From an uncultured bacterium (GTDB lineage: Bacteria > CSSED10-310 > CAZUFC01): a DNA stretch of 10,800 bases. Below, piece after piece: positions 1 to 8,055 of this stretch. Made by a program: the position numbers and the translations under genes. Every line of letters starts with the position of its first letter. The stretch's first letter is position 1. The stretch covers positions 1 through 10,800 of the forward strand of contig CAZUFC010000202.1 in NCBI GenBank assembly GCA_964619725.1. Direction: 5' to 3'. The notes below the pieces were generated by a model. That model saw only the letters and a list, made by a program, of their open reading frames with translations, did no database searches and was not told the DNA's origin.

Positions 1-416
1 TTTTTCGTCAAACATTTCACAATTTTTTATCAGTCAATGTCAGGAGATGTGAAGTCAGAGAATTCCTGGGGGGGTCAATTGATCGAACGAATATCTCAGA
101 CAACAACTCTTCTGAGGATGATGGTAGGAAGATTCGGGCATCAGGGCGAATAACAAGAAAACCGGATGTCTGACAATTTGAAATGACTATTCTGATTTGT
201 GCGTTATGAATGTTTGAAAGTTTAGTTAATCCACTCACGTTATTGTCGCAAGTGGGACTATTCTTAAGGTTTGGTCAGATCGAGTCGTTGCAGGATTTCG
301 CATCAATCGCTGAATTAAAATTTCAACGGAGCTGACCATGATCATTTGTTTGTAAGCCATATAGGGGACTGATCAGACTGCGGTTACACTCCTTTCACAA
401 CTTTTTACAGCTTGTT

Positions 417-617
417 TCAGTAATCGGGTTCGGTATCGGGGTCGATATCGGTATCGGTATCGGGGTCAGGATCGGTATCAGGATCGGGGTCGGGGTCGGT
501 ATCAGTATCGGTATTGGGGTCGCAATCGCAATCGCAACAAAATGATGAGATATTATTTCGAATTGTAACCTCAAAAAACGCAGTTTTGACCAATACCCCA
601 TCTAGAAAATCAGACAT
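417..617 (-). CDS. Putative 66-aa small acidic protein (CCDCDCD followed by (D-P/D-T)n tail)
   Basis: Internal ATG at 617 of the listed ORF 417..851 is preceded by AAGGAGGT (630..623). This start removes the head-to-head overlap with the sulfatase gene. Product: MSDFLDGVLVKTAFFEVTIRNNISSFCCDCDCDPNTDTDTDPDPDPDTDPDPDTDTDIDPDTEPDY; stop TGA at 419..417. Confidence 0.45.
   Translation of the reverse strand: MSDFLDGVLVKTAFFEVTIRNNISSFCCDCDCDPNTDTDTDPDPDPDTDPDPDTDTDIDPDTEPDY
423..536. repeat. Degenerate hexamer tandem repeat, 19 units (consensus RTCGGK, ending in RTCGCA x3)
   Basis: atcggg ttcggt atcggg gtcgat atcggt atcggt atcggg gtcagg ... gtcgca atcgca atcgca, an unbroken 6-nt period. Confidence 0.95.
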
Positions 618-622
618 ATAGA

Positions 623-630
623 ACCTCCTT
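623..630 (-). promoter_or_regulatory. Shine-Dalgarno sequence for the ORF starting at 617
   Basis: Minus strand reads GGAAGGAGGTTCTAT-ATG. The same GAAGGAGGTT 10-mer precedes the large chemoreceptor start. Confidence 0.55.
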
Positions 631-729
631 CCGGTTGCTGCAGATTGTCGAATTCGAAATATCTGAGTTAAAGGATAAAGTCTTTGTCCATGCAAAAAGA
701 ATCTGATATATTTCAACCGGTGATACATC

Positions 730-2229
730 ATGATTGCATCGAAAATAATTTTGCTTTTGCTTTTTATTTTTCTGTTTTTTTCCTGTTCAGCGAAAGATAA
801 TGGGGAACGGTTCAATTCACCTGAAAAACCTTTCAACCTTATAGTCGTCACGATCGATACTCTGCGTTCTGATTACCTGGGGTGCTATGGAAACGGTTCG
901 ATACGGACTCCTGTTCTTGATCGGTTGAGTCGTGAGGGAATTCTTTTCATTAATGCGATCAGCCAGGCTTCTATTACTAATCCCTCGCATTGTTCGATCA
1001 TGACCGGATTGAATCCTTTGGAGCACGGGGTCCTTAAGAATCAGTCTCATCTTGGAAAAGAGCGTGTGACATTGGCTGAGATTCTGAAAAGAGAGGGCTA
1101 CCGGACCTGTGCCGTTTCCAATATCTCCCCGGGCGATGTTTCGGGAAACGGAATCGGCCAGGGGTTCGATCATTACCAGAGAACCCTGGTTCAGGTGCCT
1201 GATCAGGATAAATTATTGAATCGCAAAAGGATCAGAAACGTCGGGGCCGCCAATGTCATTCCGCCTGAAGGAAACAGGCTGATGCAGAGCAATGTCGATG
1301 CTTCCGAATCTTCCACATCTCTAAAAAAGTCCTATTCCGACTTTCATAGAGAACATGCCGATGCGGTGACGAATTACGGCCTGGAAATGCTTCGTCAAAC
1401 TTCATCATCAAAATTTTTCCTCTGGCTCCACTACTTTGATCCTCATCAACCCTATGAACCCCGAAAGCCTTTTAACCGCTTCTATACTGAAGACATCCAA
1501 GCCGCCCGCAAATTTTATCTGCCGAAAGAATTCCTTCAAATAATGAGAAAAAAGAAAGAATTGTCCTCTTCTGAGATTGATTATGTTAAAGGGCTCTATC
1601 GCGGTGAAATAAGCTGCAACGATTCCTGCCTTGGAGCCTTGATGAATTATCTTTCCAGGAAGGAATTAATTGACCACACTCTCATAATCATTACAGCGGA
1701 CCATGGCGAAATATTGTATGAAAGAGATTTCTGTTTCGGACATGCGGGGTATCTTCACGATGCCGTCATACATATACCTCTCCTATTTTATTCGCCGTCA
1801 ATATTGCCGGAAGGTAAGCTGGTTCCTCAACAGGTGAGGACCACCGACATCCTCCCCACAACTCTTGAATTGATGGGTATTGAACATCCTGACGTTTTCA
1901 ACGGCGATTCTCTGGTTCCGGCTATCAGAAGTCGCCCCACCCGGCAAAAGCCCGCCCTGAGCATAGTTCGGCAAGACTTGTTTTCACTAAGATACAACGG
2001 CTGGAAATGCATAATGACTGAGAATGGCGAATTGACCGAACTATACAATCTGAAAAAGGACCCCCTGGAAAAGCATAACCTGGCGGATGAGTCACTACCG
2101 ATCAAAAAAGTCCTGAAAGTAAGACTGACCGAGAAACTGAATTCGTTAAATACAGCTTCGGCGGATGATGCCGCACTGATGGAAGCCGAGGAAATAGAAG
2201 CTTTACGAGGATTGGGTTATATCGATTAG
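730..2229 (+). CDS. Sulfatase-like hydrolase/transferase (alkaline phosphatase superfamily), probable lipoprotein
   Basis: 499-aa ORF with N-terminal hydrophobic stretch ending FFSC19. Family motifs: NLIVVTIDTLRSD, TPVLDRL, TNPSHCSIMTG, HYFDPH.PY, ITADHGE, HIPL, DILPT, ELYNLKKDPLE, C-terminal LRGLGYI. Confidence 0.92.
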   Translation: MIASKIILLLLFIFLFFSCSAKDNGERFNSPEKPFNLIVVTIDTLRSDYLGCYGNGSIRTPVLDRLSREGILFINAISQASITNPSHCSIMTGLNPLEHGVLKNQSHLGKERVTLAEILKREGYRTCAVSNISPGDVSGNGIGQGFDHYQRTLVQVPDQDKLLNRKRIRNVGAANVIPPEGNRLMQSNVDASESSTSLKKSYSDFHREHADAVTNYGLEMLRQTSSSKFFLWLHYFDPHQPYEPRKPFNRFYTEDIQAARKFYLPKEFLQIMRKKKELSSSEIDYVKGLYRGEISCNDSCLGALMNYLSRKELIDHTLIIITADHGEILYERDFCFGHAGYLHDAVIHIPLLFYSPSILPEGKLVPQQVRTTDILPTTLELMGIEHPDVFNGDSLVPAIRSRPTRQKPALSIVRQDLFSLRYNGWKCIMTENGELTELYNLKKDPLEKHNLADESLPIKKVLKVRLTEKLNSLNTASADDAALMEAEEIEALRGLGYID

Positions 2230-2320
2230 CGCATGCTGTCCCGGGCAAAAGCAGTGCCTACGTCAAATGCCAGGGGGAGTAAGAAAATGATGTTCAAAAC
2301 GGTGATTCTATATTCCAAGT

Positions 2321-2363
2321 GTCCCTTCTGTCCCTTAGGTCCCTTAGGTCCCTTTGTCCATTT
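2321..2363. repeat. Short 8-9-nt tandem repeat (GTCCCTTAG-like, 5 units)
   Basis: gtcccttct gtcccttag gtcccttag gtcccttt gtccattt in the convergent intergenic region. Confidence 0.85.
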
Positions 2364-2502
2364 GTATCAAGGCCCATACCCGAATTCGACCCCGGCGCAA
2401 TCACTTCTGATATAGTTCACTTCTTCGTTCAACAAGTCGCCCTGGAATTTCAGTCCCTGGATATCGTTTTAGCCTGTATCGGGCCAGACGAATTCGTCAA
2501 AC

Positions 2503-2545
2503 AAAAAAAAATCCAATCTCCCGCAGGACCTGCCTGCGGGAGATT
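2503..2545 (-). terminator. Intrinsic terminator of the large chemoreceptor gene
   Basis: Perfect 13-bp stem AATCTCCCGCAGG (2515-2527) / CCTGCGGGAGATT (2533-2545) with a 5-nt loop, followed on the minus strand by GGA and T9 (2511..2503). Confidence 0.85.
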
Positions 2546-2591
2546 TGGAACAGCTGAATATATTGGGGTATGGGGTTACAAACAGCTGTTT
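2515..2591 (-). repeat. Conserved 3'-UTR element, copy 1 (two hairpins, C-rich loop)
   Basis: Near-identical to 8893..8974. AACAGCTG (2549-2556) and CAGCTGTT (2583-2590) form a stem enclosing ACCCC-AT-ACCCCAAT in transcript sense. Confidence 0.85.
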
Positions 2592-2598
2592 GTTGCAT

Positions 2599-5500
2599 TT
2601 AGAATGAACTCAACATCGCCTCATCTTCATCGTCTTTCTGGCGAAAGGGTATTACTTTTTCCACGTCAACGCTTTTGTTTTCGTCCTGGCCGTTTTGCAT
2701 AAACGATTGCCTGTTCGGCGTTCCCTTTTTCTGGTGATCGAATCGCATCTGACCGGCGCTTTGCTGGATAGAGCCGGACGTTTGTGATCTCCAGTCGCTC
2801 TGGTCGGCTCTAATGTTGATATTTGAACCGTTAATGCCGGACAATTTGAATGTTGAGATCAGTTTTCTCAGTTCTTCCGATTGAGCGGACATTTCCTGTG
2901 CTGCGCTGGCTGATTCTTCAGAGTTTGCGGCGTTTTGCTGTGTGACCTGGTTCATCTGATCGACGGCCGTGTTGATCTGTTCAATGCCGGATGACTGCTG
3001 GTCTGATGCCGCGGCTATTTCCGTCATGACTTCGCTGACCTTATTGTTCTGGTCGTTGATCTCATCCAGAATTTTAATGACTTCCTGGTTCAGTTCCACG
3101 CCGTTGTCCGCGTTTTTCACCGATTCTTCGATCATGTTGGCCGTATTCTTGGCGGCTTCAGCAGACCTCATGGCAAGGTTCCTGACTTCTTCCGCAACGA
3201 CGGCGAACCCTTTACCCGCATCGCCTGCCCTGGCCGCTTCCACTGCGGCGTTCAGCGCCAGCAGATTCGTCTGAAAGGCTATCTCATCAATCGTTTTAAC
3301 GATCTTGGCGGTATTATCGGAAGATGATTTAATCTTGTCGATCGCTTCGGATAACCTGTTCATGCTCTCAACGCCTTTGTCGGTAGTAGTCGTTGCATTT
3401 TCCGACAGGTTTTTGGCTTCTTTGGCGTTGGCCGTGTTCTGCTTGGTCATGGATGCCATTTCCTGGAGGTTGCCGGAAACTTCTTCGAGAGAGCTGGCCT
3501 GTTCTGAAGCGCCTTGAGCGACCGCCTGGCTGCCTGCGCCTATTTGTCCTGATGCCGTAGCGACCTGATCGGAAGAGAGGGAAATTTTCTCCAGTCCTTC
3601 ATCAAGGTTCTGCACTGCTGTGTTGAGGGCTTCTTTTATTTTGGCCAGATCGCCCTTGTAACTGCCTTTCATGCGTGCTGTCAGGTCCTTGTCGGCTATT
3701 CTCTCCAGCGCATTCGCAGCTTCGTTTATGGGGTTGATGACGGCTTCCAGAGTGGCATTGATCCCTTTGACCACACGGGCAAATTCGCCCTGGAATTTCT
3801 TCTCATCGCCTCTCGCAGCAAGGTTACCTTTAACGGCCTCTTCCGCCAGTACGCCGACTTCATCCACCAGTCCCTTCAAGCTTTCCATCATCTTGATATA
3901 AGTTGGAACCAGTTTATCGTTTTCGGACCTGCGACCCTCGCCGTTCCCTATCTGCTTGAAATCTTCCAGGTCTTTCAGATTGCCGACAGCAATGTTCTGC
4001 GCCGTCCTCTGCAAATGAAGCAAGCGCTCCTGAACTTCATTGACGGCCTGCGCAATGTCTGCATAGACTCCCATATAAGCGCCTTCGACAGACAATGTAT
4101 AATCATTCACGGACATCTTCTGCAGCACTTCATTGCTTTCGACTAACCCGCCTAATCCCTCAATGCATTTATTGAGGTTATTTTTGATCTCATTGAAATC
4201 GCCCTTGTATTCGTCCGTGATCGGATCGGGAATGTCTCCCTTGCTGATGCGGTCAACGTATTCCGCTGCAACGTTCAACGGGCCGATCACCGCATCCAGC
4301 GTATCGTTCACTCCACTTACAATCTTTGCATAATCACCGCTGAATTTCTCGACTTCGCCCCGCGTATCCAGTTGACCTTCGACTGCCGCTTTAGTCAGCA
4401 TCCCCGCTTCAGAAACCAGACCGTTTACCGCATTGATGCACTGGTTCAGGTTATTCTTGATCTCGTTGAAGTCGCCCTTGTATTCGTCCGTGATAGGTTC
4501 AGGAATATCGCCTTTGCTGATGCGGTCGACATATTCCGCTGCAACGTTCAACGGGCCTATTACAGCATCCAGCGTGTCGTTCACTCCACTTACGATTTTG
4601 GCATAGTCGCCGCTGAACTTCTCTACGTCGCCGCGCGTGTCCAGTTTACCGGCCACGGCCGCTTCCGTAAGCATTCCCGCTTCTGAAACCAGGCCGTTTA
4701 CAGCATCGATGCACTGGTTCAAGTTGTTCTTGATCTCATTGAAGTCGCCCTTGTATTCGTCCGTGATAGGTTCGGGGATATCGCCCTTGCTGATGCGGTC
4801 GACATATTCCGCAGCCACGTTCAACGGGCCTATTACCGCATCCAGCGTGTCGTTCACTCCCTTCACGATTTTTTCATAGTCGCCGCTGAATTTTTCCACA
4901 TCGCCGCGAGTATCCAGTTTACCGGCTACTGCTGCTTCCGTAAGCATTCCCGCTTCTGAAACCAGGCCGTTTACAGCATCGATGCACTGGTTCAAGTTGT
5001 TCTTGATCTCATTGAAGTCGCCCTTGTATTCATCGGTGATGGGTTCGGGAATGTCGCCCTTGCTTATGCGGTCGACATATTCCGCTGCAACGTTCAACGG
5101 GCCTATTACCGCATCCAGCGTGTCGTTCACTCCATTTACTATCTTTGCATAGTCGCCGCTGAACTTCTCCACTTCGCCCCTGGTATCCAGTTTACCGGCT
5201 ACTGCTGCTTCCGTAAGCATTCCCGCTTCAGAAACCAGACCGTTCACCGCATCTATGCACTGATTCAGGTTGTTCTTTATTTCGTTGAAGTCGCCCTTGT
5301 ATTCGTCGGTGATAGGCTTCGGGATATCGCCCTTGCTTATGCGGTCGACATATTCCGCAGCCACATTCAACGGACCGATAACAGCATCCAGCGTGTCGTT
5401 TACTCCCTTTACTATTTTTTCATAGTCCCCGCTGAATTTTTCCACATCGCCGCGAGTATCCAGTTTACCGGCCACTGCAGCTTCCGTCAGCATAGCCGCT

Positions 5501-7803
5501 TCGGAAACCAGGCCGTTTACCGCATCGATGCACTGGTTCAAGTTATTTTTGATCTCGTTGAAATCGCCATGATATTCATCCGTGATAGGTTCGGGTATGT
5601 CGCCCTTGCTTATCCGGTCCACATATTCCGCTGCAACGTTCAGCGGCCTGATTATGGCGTCAAGCATATCATTGATGCCCTGGCGTAACTTCAGGTAATC
5701 TCCCCTGGCTTCACCCAAGTCAGCCCGTTTGTCCAACTGACCCATTTGGGCCGCATCGATCAACTCGTTAATGAGAAAGATCGTCTCTTTCTGTTCGGAG
5801 ATATCGGTGGCGTATTTTACGACTTTGAATACGTTTCCATCCTGATCTTTCACGGGCGTATAGGAGGCTTGAATCCAGACTTCACTGCCGCCCTTGCCGA
5901 ATCGCTTGAACTCTCCGACCTGAGCGCGCCCGCTTTTCAATTCTTCCCAGAACTGCCCGTATTCCGGCGAATTCTTGTATTCCTGGTCCACGAAAACAGA
6001 ATGATGTTTGCCATTGATCTCTTCGAGAGAATAATCAACCACATCAAGGAAATTATCATTCGCCCTCAGAATAATGCCTTCAGGATTGAACTCAATAACA
6101 GCCTGAGATTCGTTGATGCCTTTAATCTGTCCCTCATAATCGGCATTTTTGAGTTTCTGTTCGGTAACGTCGACAGCGTATTTTACCACTTTGAAAACTT
6201 TACCGTTCATGTCTTTTATCGGCGTGTAAGTCGCCTGTATCCATACTTCTTTGCCGCCCTTGCCGAATCGTTTGAACTCATCCGTCTGCGCCTCTCCCCT
6301 GTTCAGCGCTTCCCAGAACTGCCGGTATTCCACAGAGTTCCCGTATTCTCCGTCCACAAACATAGAATGATGTTTGCCCACAACTTCATCAAGCGTATAT
6401 TCCAATGCATCAAGGAAATTGCCGTTAGCGTGAATTATCGTTCCGTCAGGATTGAACTCGATGACGGCTTGAGACTCGCTGATCCCTCTAATCTGCCCCT
6501 GATAATCCGCATTCAATTTTATATTGATGTTCAGATTATTCTTGATCTCGTTGAAATCACCCTTGTATTCGTCCGTGATCGGTTCGGGGATGTCGCCCTT
6601 GCTGATACGATCAATATATTCCGCGGCTACGTTCAACGGACCTATCACCGCATCAAGCGTGTCGTTCACGCCCTTCACTATCTTTGCATAGTCACCGCTG
6701 AATTTCTCAACATCACCGCGAGTATCCAGCTTGCCTTCGACCGCCGCTTCCGTCAGCATCCCCGCTTCGGATACCAGACCGTTAACCGCATCTATGCACT
6801 GGTTAAGGTTATTCTTGATCTCGTTGAAGTCGCCTTTGTATTCTTCCGTAATAAGTTCGGGTATATCGCCTTTGCTGATACGATCAACGTATTCTGCAGC
6901 CACGTTCAACGGACCTATCACCGCATCAAGCGTGTCGTTCACTCCTTTTACGATTTTGGCGTAATCGCCGCTGAACTTCTCAACTTCGCATCGCGTATCC
7001 AACTTACCGGCAACAGCCGCTTCCGTCAGCATTCCCGCTTCGGATACCAAACCGGTCACAGCGTCGATGCACTGGTTCAAATTATTTTTAATTTCGTTAA
7101 AATCGCCCTTGTATTCGTCCGTGATCTGTTCAGGTATGTCGCCTTTGCTTATGCGGTCGATATACTCTGCTGCCACGTTCAAAGGACTGATTAATGCATC
7201 CAGCAACTCATTCATATCCTGAAAAAGTTTTTTAAAATCACCTTCCGCTTTTTCCGGGTCCGCTCTCTGATCCAGCTTGCCCTCCTTTGCCGCATCTATC
7301 AGGTTATTCACTTCCAGCAACGCATTTTTCTGATCCGTTTGATCGAAAATTACTTCCATTCCCCCGACAGGCTTTCCGTCATCGTCAAAAATAGCGCTGC
7401 AGCAAGCCGCTATCGGTATCTCTTTTCCATCCCTCGTCCGGGCTGTAGTTTCCCCGACTATTTCTTCTCCCGTTTTCATGCATCTTTTGATCGTGCAATT
7501 CGCGGTCCCGCATAATGGAGTATTGCACAAATCCTTGCAGGCCATCCTACCTACAACCTCATCCCGCTCATACCCCAATGCTTTCAGCGTCGCTTCGCTT
7601 ATGTTGGTCACTGTGAGGTTTTTATCGACTACGAACATCGTAGTGGGAACCGCCTGTATCACCTTGTCCAGGCTTAATTCCCTCTGCTGCTGCTTTTCAG
7701 CCATCTGAACTTTCCCTTTCCGGCCTTCCGCCTTTTTCGATCTGGTTTTGTCTTCTTCGCCGGCGTTCTTGCCGCCAGTCGTCTTTTTCCCTTTACCGGC
7801 CAT
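2599..7803 (-). CDS. Giant cytoplasmic methyl-accepting chemotaxis protein (PAS - poly-HAMP - PAS-PAS - poly-HAMP - MA)
   Basis: 1734-aa ORF with strong SD. Hairpin-tip motif [37 protein letters not shown]; methylation-type EQ/EE/QE pairs; nine 91-aa double-HAMP units; three PAS domains; no transmembrane stretch visible. Confidence 0.97.
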   Translation of the reverse strand: MAGKGKKTTGGKNAGEEDKTRSKKAEGRKGKVQMAEKQQQRELSLDKVIQAVPTTMFVVDKNLTVTNISEATLKALGYERDEVVGRMACKDLCNTPLCGTANCTIKRCMKTGEEIVGETTARTRDGKEIPIAACCSAIFDDDGKPVGGMEVIFDQTDQKNALLEVNNLIDAAKEGKLDQRADPEKAEGDFKKLFQDMNELLDALISPLNVAAEYIDRISKGDIPEQITDEYKGDFNEIKNNLNQCIDAVTGLVSEAGMLTEAAVAGKLDTRCEVEKFSGDYAKIVKGVNDTLDAVIGPLNVAAEYVDRISKGDIPELITEEYKGDFNEIKNNLNQCIDAVNGLVSEAGMLTEAAVEGKLDTRGDVEKFSGDYAKIVKGVNDTLDAVIGPLNVAAEYIDRISKGDIPEPITDEYKGDFNEIKNNLNINIKLNADYQGQIRGISESQAVIEFNPDGTIIHANGNFLDALEYTLDEVVGKHHSMFVDGEYGNSVEYRQFWEALNRGEAQTDEFKRFGKGGKEVWIQATYTPIKDMNGKVFKVVKYAVDVTEQKLKNADYEGQIKGINESQAVIEFNPEGIILRANDNFLDVVDYSLEEINGKHHSVFVDQEYKNSPEYGQFWEELKSGRAQVGEFKRFGKGGSEVWIQASYTPVKDQDGNVFKVVKYATDISEQKETIFLINELIDAAQMGQLDKRADLGEARGDYLKLRQGINDMLDAIIRPLNVAAEYVDRISKGDIPEPITDEYHGDFNEIKNNLNQCIDAVNGLVSEAAMLTEAAVAGKLDTRGDVEKFSGDYEKIVKGVNDTLDAVIGPLNVAAEYVDRISKGDIPKPITDEYKGDFNEIKNNLNQCIDAVNGLVSEAGMLTEAAVAGKLDTRGEVEKFSGDYAKIVNGVNDTLDAVIGPLNVAAEYVDRISKGDIPEPITDEYKGDFNEIKNNLNQCIDAVNGLVSEAGMLTEAAVAGKLDTRGDVEKFSGDYEKIVKGVNDTLDAVIGPLNVAAEYVDRISKGDIPEPITDEYKGDFNEIKNNLNQCIDAVNGLVSEAGMLTEAAVAGKLDTRGDVEKFSGDYAKIVSGVNDTLDAVIGPLNVAAEYVDRISKGDIPEPITDEYKGDFNEIKNNLNQCINAVNGLVSEAGMLTKAAVEGQLDTRGEVEKFSGDYAKIVSGVNDTLDAVIGPLNVAAEYVDRISKGDIPDPITDEYKGDFNEIKNNLNKCIEGLGGLVESNEVLQKMSVNDYTLSVEGAYMGVYADIAQAVNEVQERLLHLQRTAQNIAVGNLKDLEDFKQIGNGEGRRSENDKLVPTYIKMMESLKGLVDEVGVLAEEAVKGNLAARGDEKKFQGEFARVVKGINATLEAVINPINEAANALERIADKDLTARMKGSYKGDLAKIKEALNTAVQNLDEGLEKISLSSDQVATASGQIGAGSQAVAQGASEQASSLEEVSGNLQEMASMTKQNTANAKEAKNLSENATTTTDKGVESMNRLSEAIDKIKSSSDNTAKIVKTIDEIAFQTNLLALNAAVEAARAGDAGKGFAVVAEEVRNLAMRSAEAAKNTANMIEESVKNADNGVELNQEVIKILDEINDQNNKVSEVMTEIAAASDQQSSGIEQINTAVDQMNQVTQQNAANSEESASAAQEMSAQSEELRKLISTFKLSGINGSNINIRADQSDWRSQTSGSIQQSAGQMRFDHQKKGTPNRQSFMQNGQDENKSVDVEKVIPFRQKDDEDEAMLSSF
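4165..5787 (-). repeat. Intragenic 273-bp tandem repeat, block 2 (six double-HAMP units); boundaries approximate
   Basis: PLNVAAEY coding anchors near 5636, 5363, 5090, 4817, 4544 and 4271, spaced exactly 273 nt apart. Confidence 0.93.
6529..7326 (-). repeat. Intragenic 273-bp tandem repeat, block 1 (three double-HAMP units); boundaries approximate
   Basis: PLNVAAEY at residues 207, 298 and 389 (91-aa period). Confidence 0.9.
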
Positions 7804-7811
7804 TACCTATA

Positions 7812-7819
7812 ACCTCCTT
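7812..7819 (-). promoter_or_regulatory. Shine-Dalgarno sequence of the large chemoreceptor
   Basis: AAGGAGGT lies 8 nt upstream of the ATG at 7803. Confidence 0.9.
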
Positions 7820-7881
7820 CATGTTTTCCATGTATATACACGTATATTACACTTTAATTATTTCCCAATAAGGCCTTTCGA

Positions 7882-7914
7882 CAGATTATTTTAATCTGCC
7901 GTTCAGATTCTGAA
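7882..7914. promoter_or_regulatory. Two adjacent palindromes upstream of the chemoreceptor, possible operator sites
   Basis: CAGATTA-ttt-TAATCTG (7882-7898) and TTCAGA-t-TCTGAA (7902-7914). Confidence 0.3.
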
Positions 7915-8040
7915 TATCTTCAGTTGTCAGGGATTATTCCCTTTGTCTGCCGCTTATTCGGAATCGTAATTTAATTCCTGGCCTATTATATCCGCCCAAC
8001 TCACCCCAATGGCGATCTCAACCCAGCGGAAAGCTTCAAT

Positions 8041-8055
8041 ACAATAAGTATGCCG
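8041..8055 (-). promoter_or_regulatory. Possible sigma-54-like -24/-12 promoter (imperfect)
   Basis: Minus strand CGGCATACTTATTGT versus consensus TGGCAC-N5-TTGC. GG-N10 spacing is correct, but GT replaces the conserved GC. A/T tracts lie just upstream (8064-8090). Confidence 0.25.

Noticed and set aside
17..360. Minus-strand ORFs 17..238 (73 aa) and an unlisted 41-codon ORF starting at 360
   Set aside because: No recognisable motifs and no correctly spaced RBS (AAAGGAG at 395..389 is about 28 nt from the ATG at 360).
395..601. Alternative (I-P/T-P)n frame and plus-strand (I-G)n frame across the hexamer repeat
   Set aside because: Stop-free by-products of the repeat. They lack the strong SD-ATG of the Asp-repeat frame.
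55..706. Ten TCAGA/TCTGA pentamers in the first 710 bp, including CTCAGA-N10-TCTGAG at 95-116
   Set aside because: Apparent enrichment, but the word is short, spacing is irregular and it also occurs in coding DNA. It needs a genome background test before being called a motif.
618..851. N-terminal extension of ORF 417..851
   Set aside because: Overlaps the sulfatase-like gene head-to-head. The internal ATG at 617 has the RBS.
2487..2498. 12-bp perfect palindrome GACGAATTCGTC
   Set aside because: Single occurrence with no loop or further context; could be chance.
2233..2702. Plus-strand ORFs 2233..2415 and 2319..2702
   Set aside because: They run through the nonamer repeat, terminator and chemoreceptor 3' end, with no family motifs.
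5746..7194. 482-aa plus-strand ORF and other short ORFs antisense to the chemoreceptors and sulfatase-like gene
   Set aside because: Shadow frames caused by codon bias and repetition of the real genes.
4165..7326. Regular 273-bp repeats considered as CRISPR-like or DGR-like arrays
   Set aside because: They are in-frame coding HAMP repeats with no unique spacers and no adenine-specific variation. No cas or reverse transcriptase gene is present.
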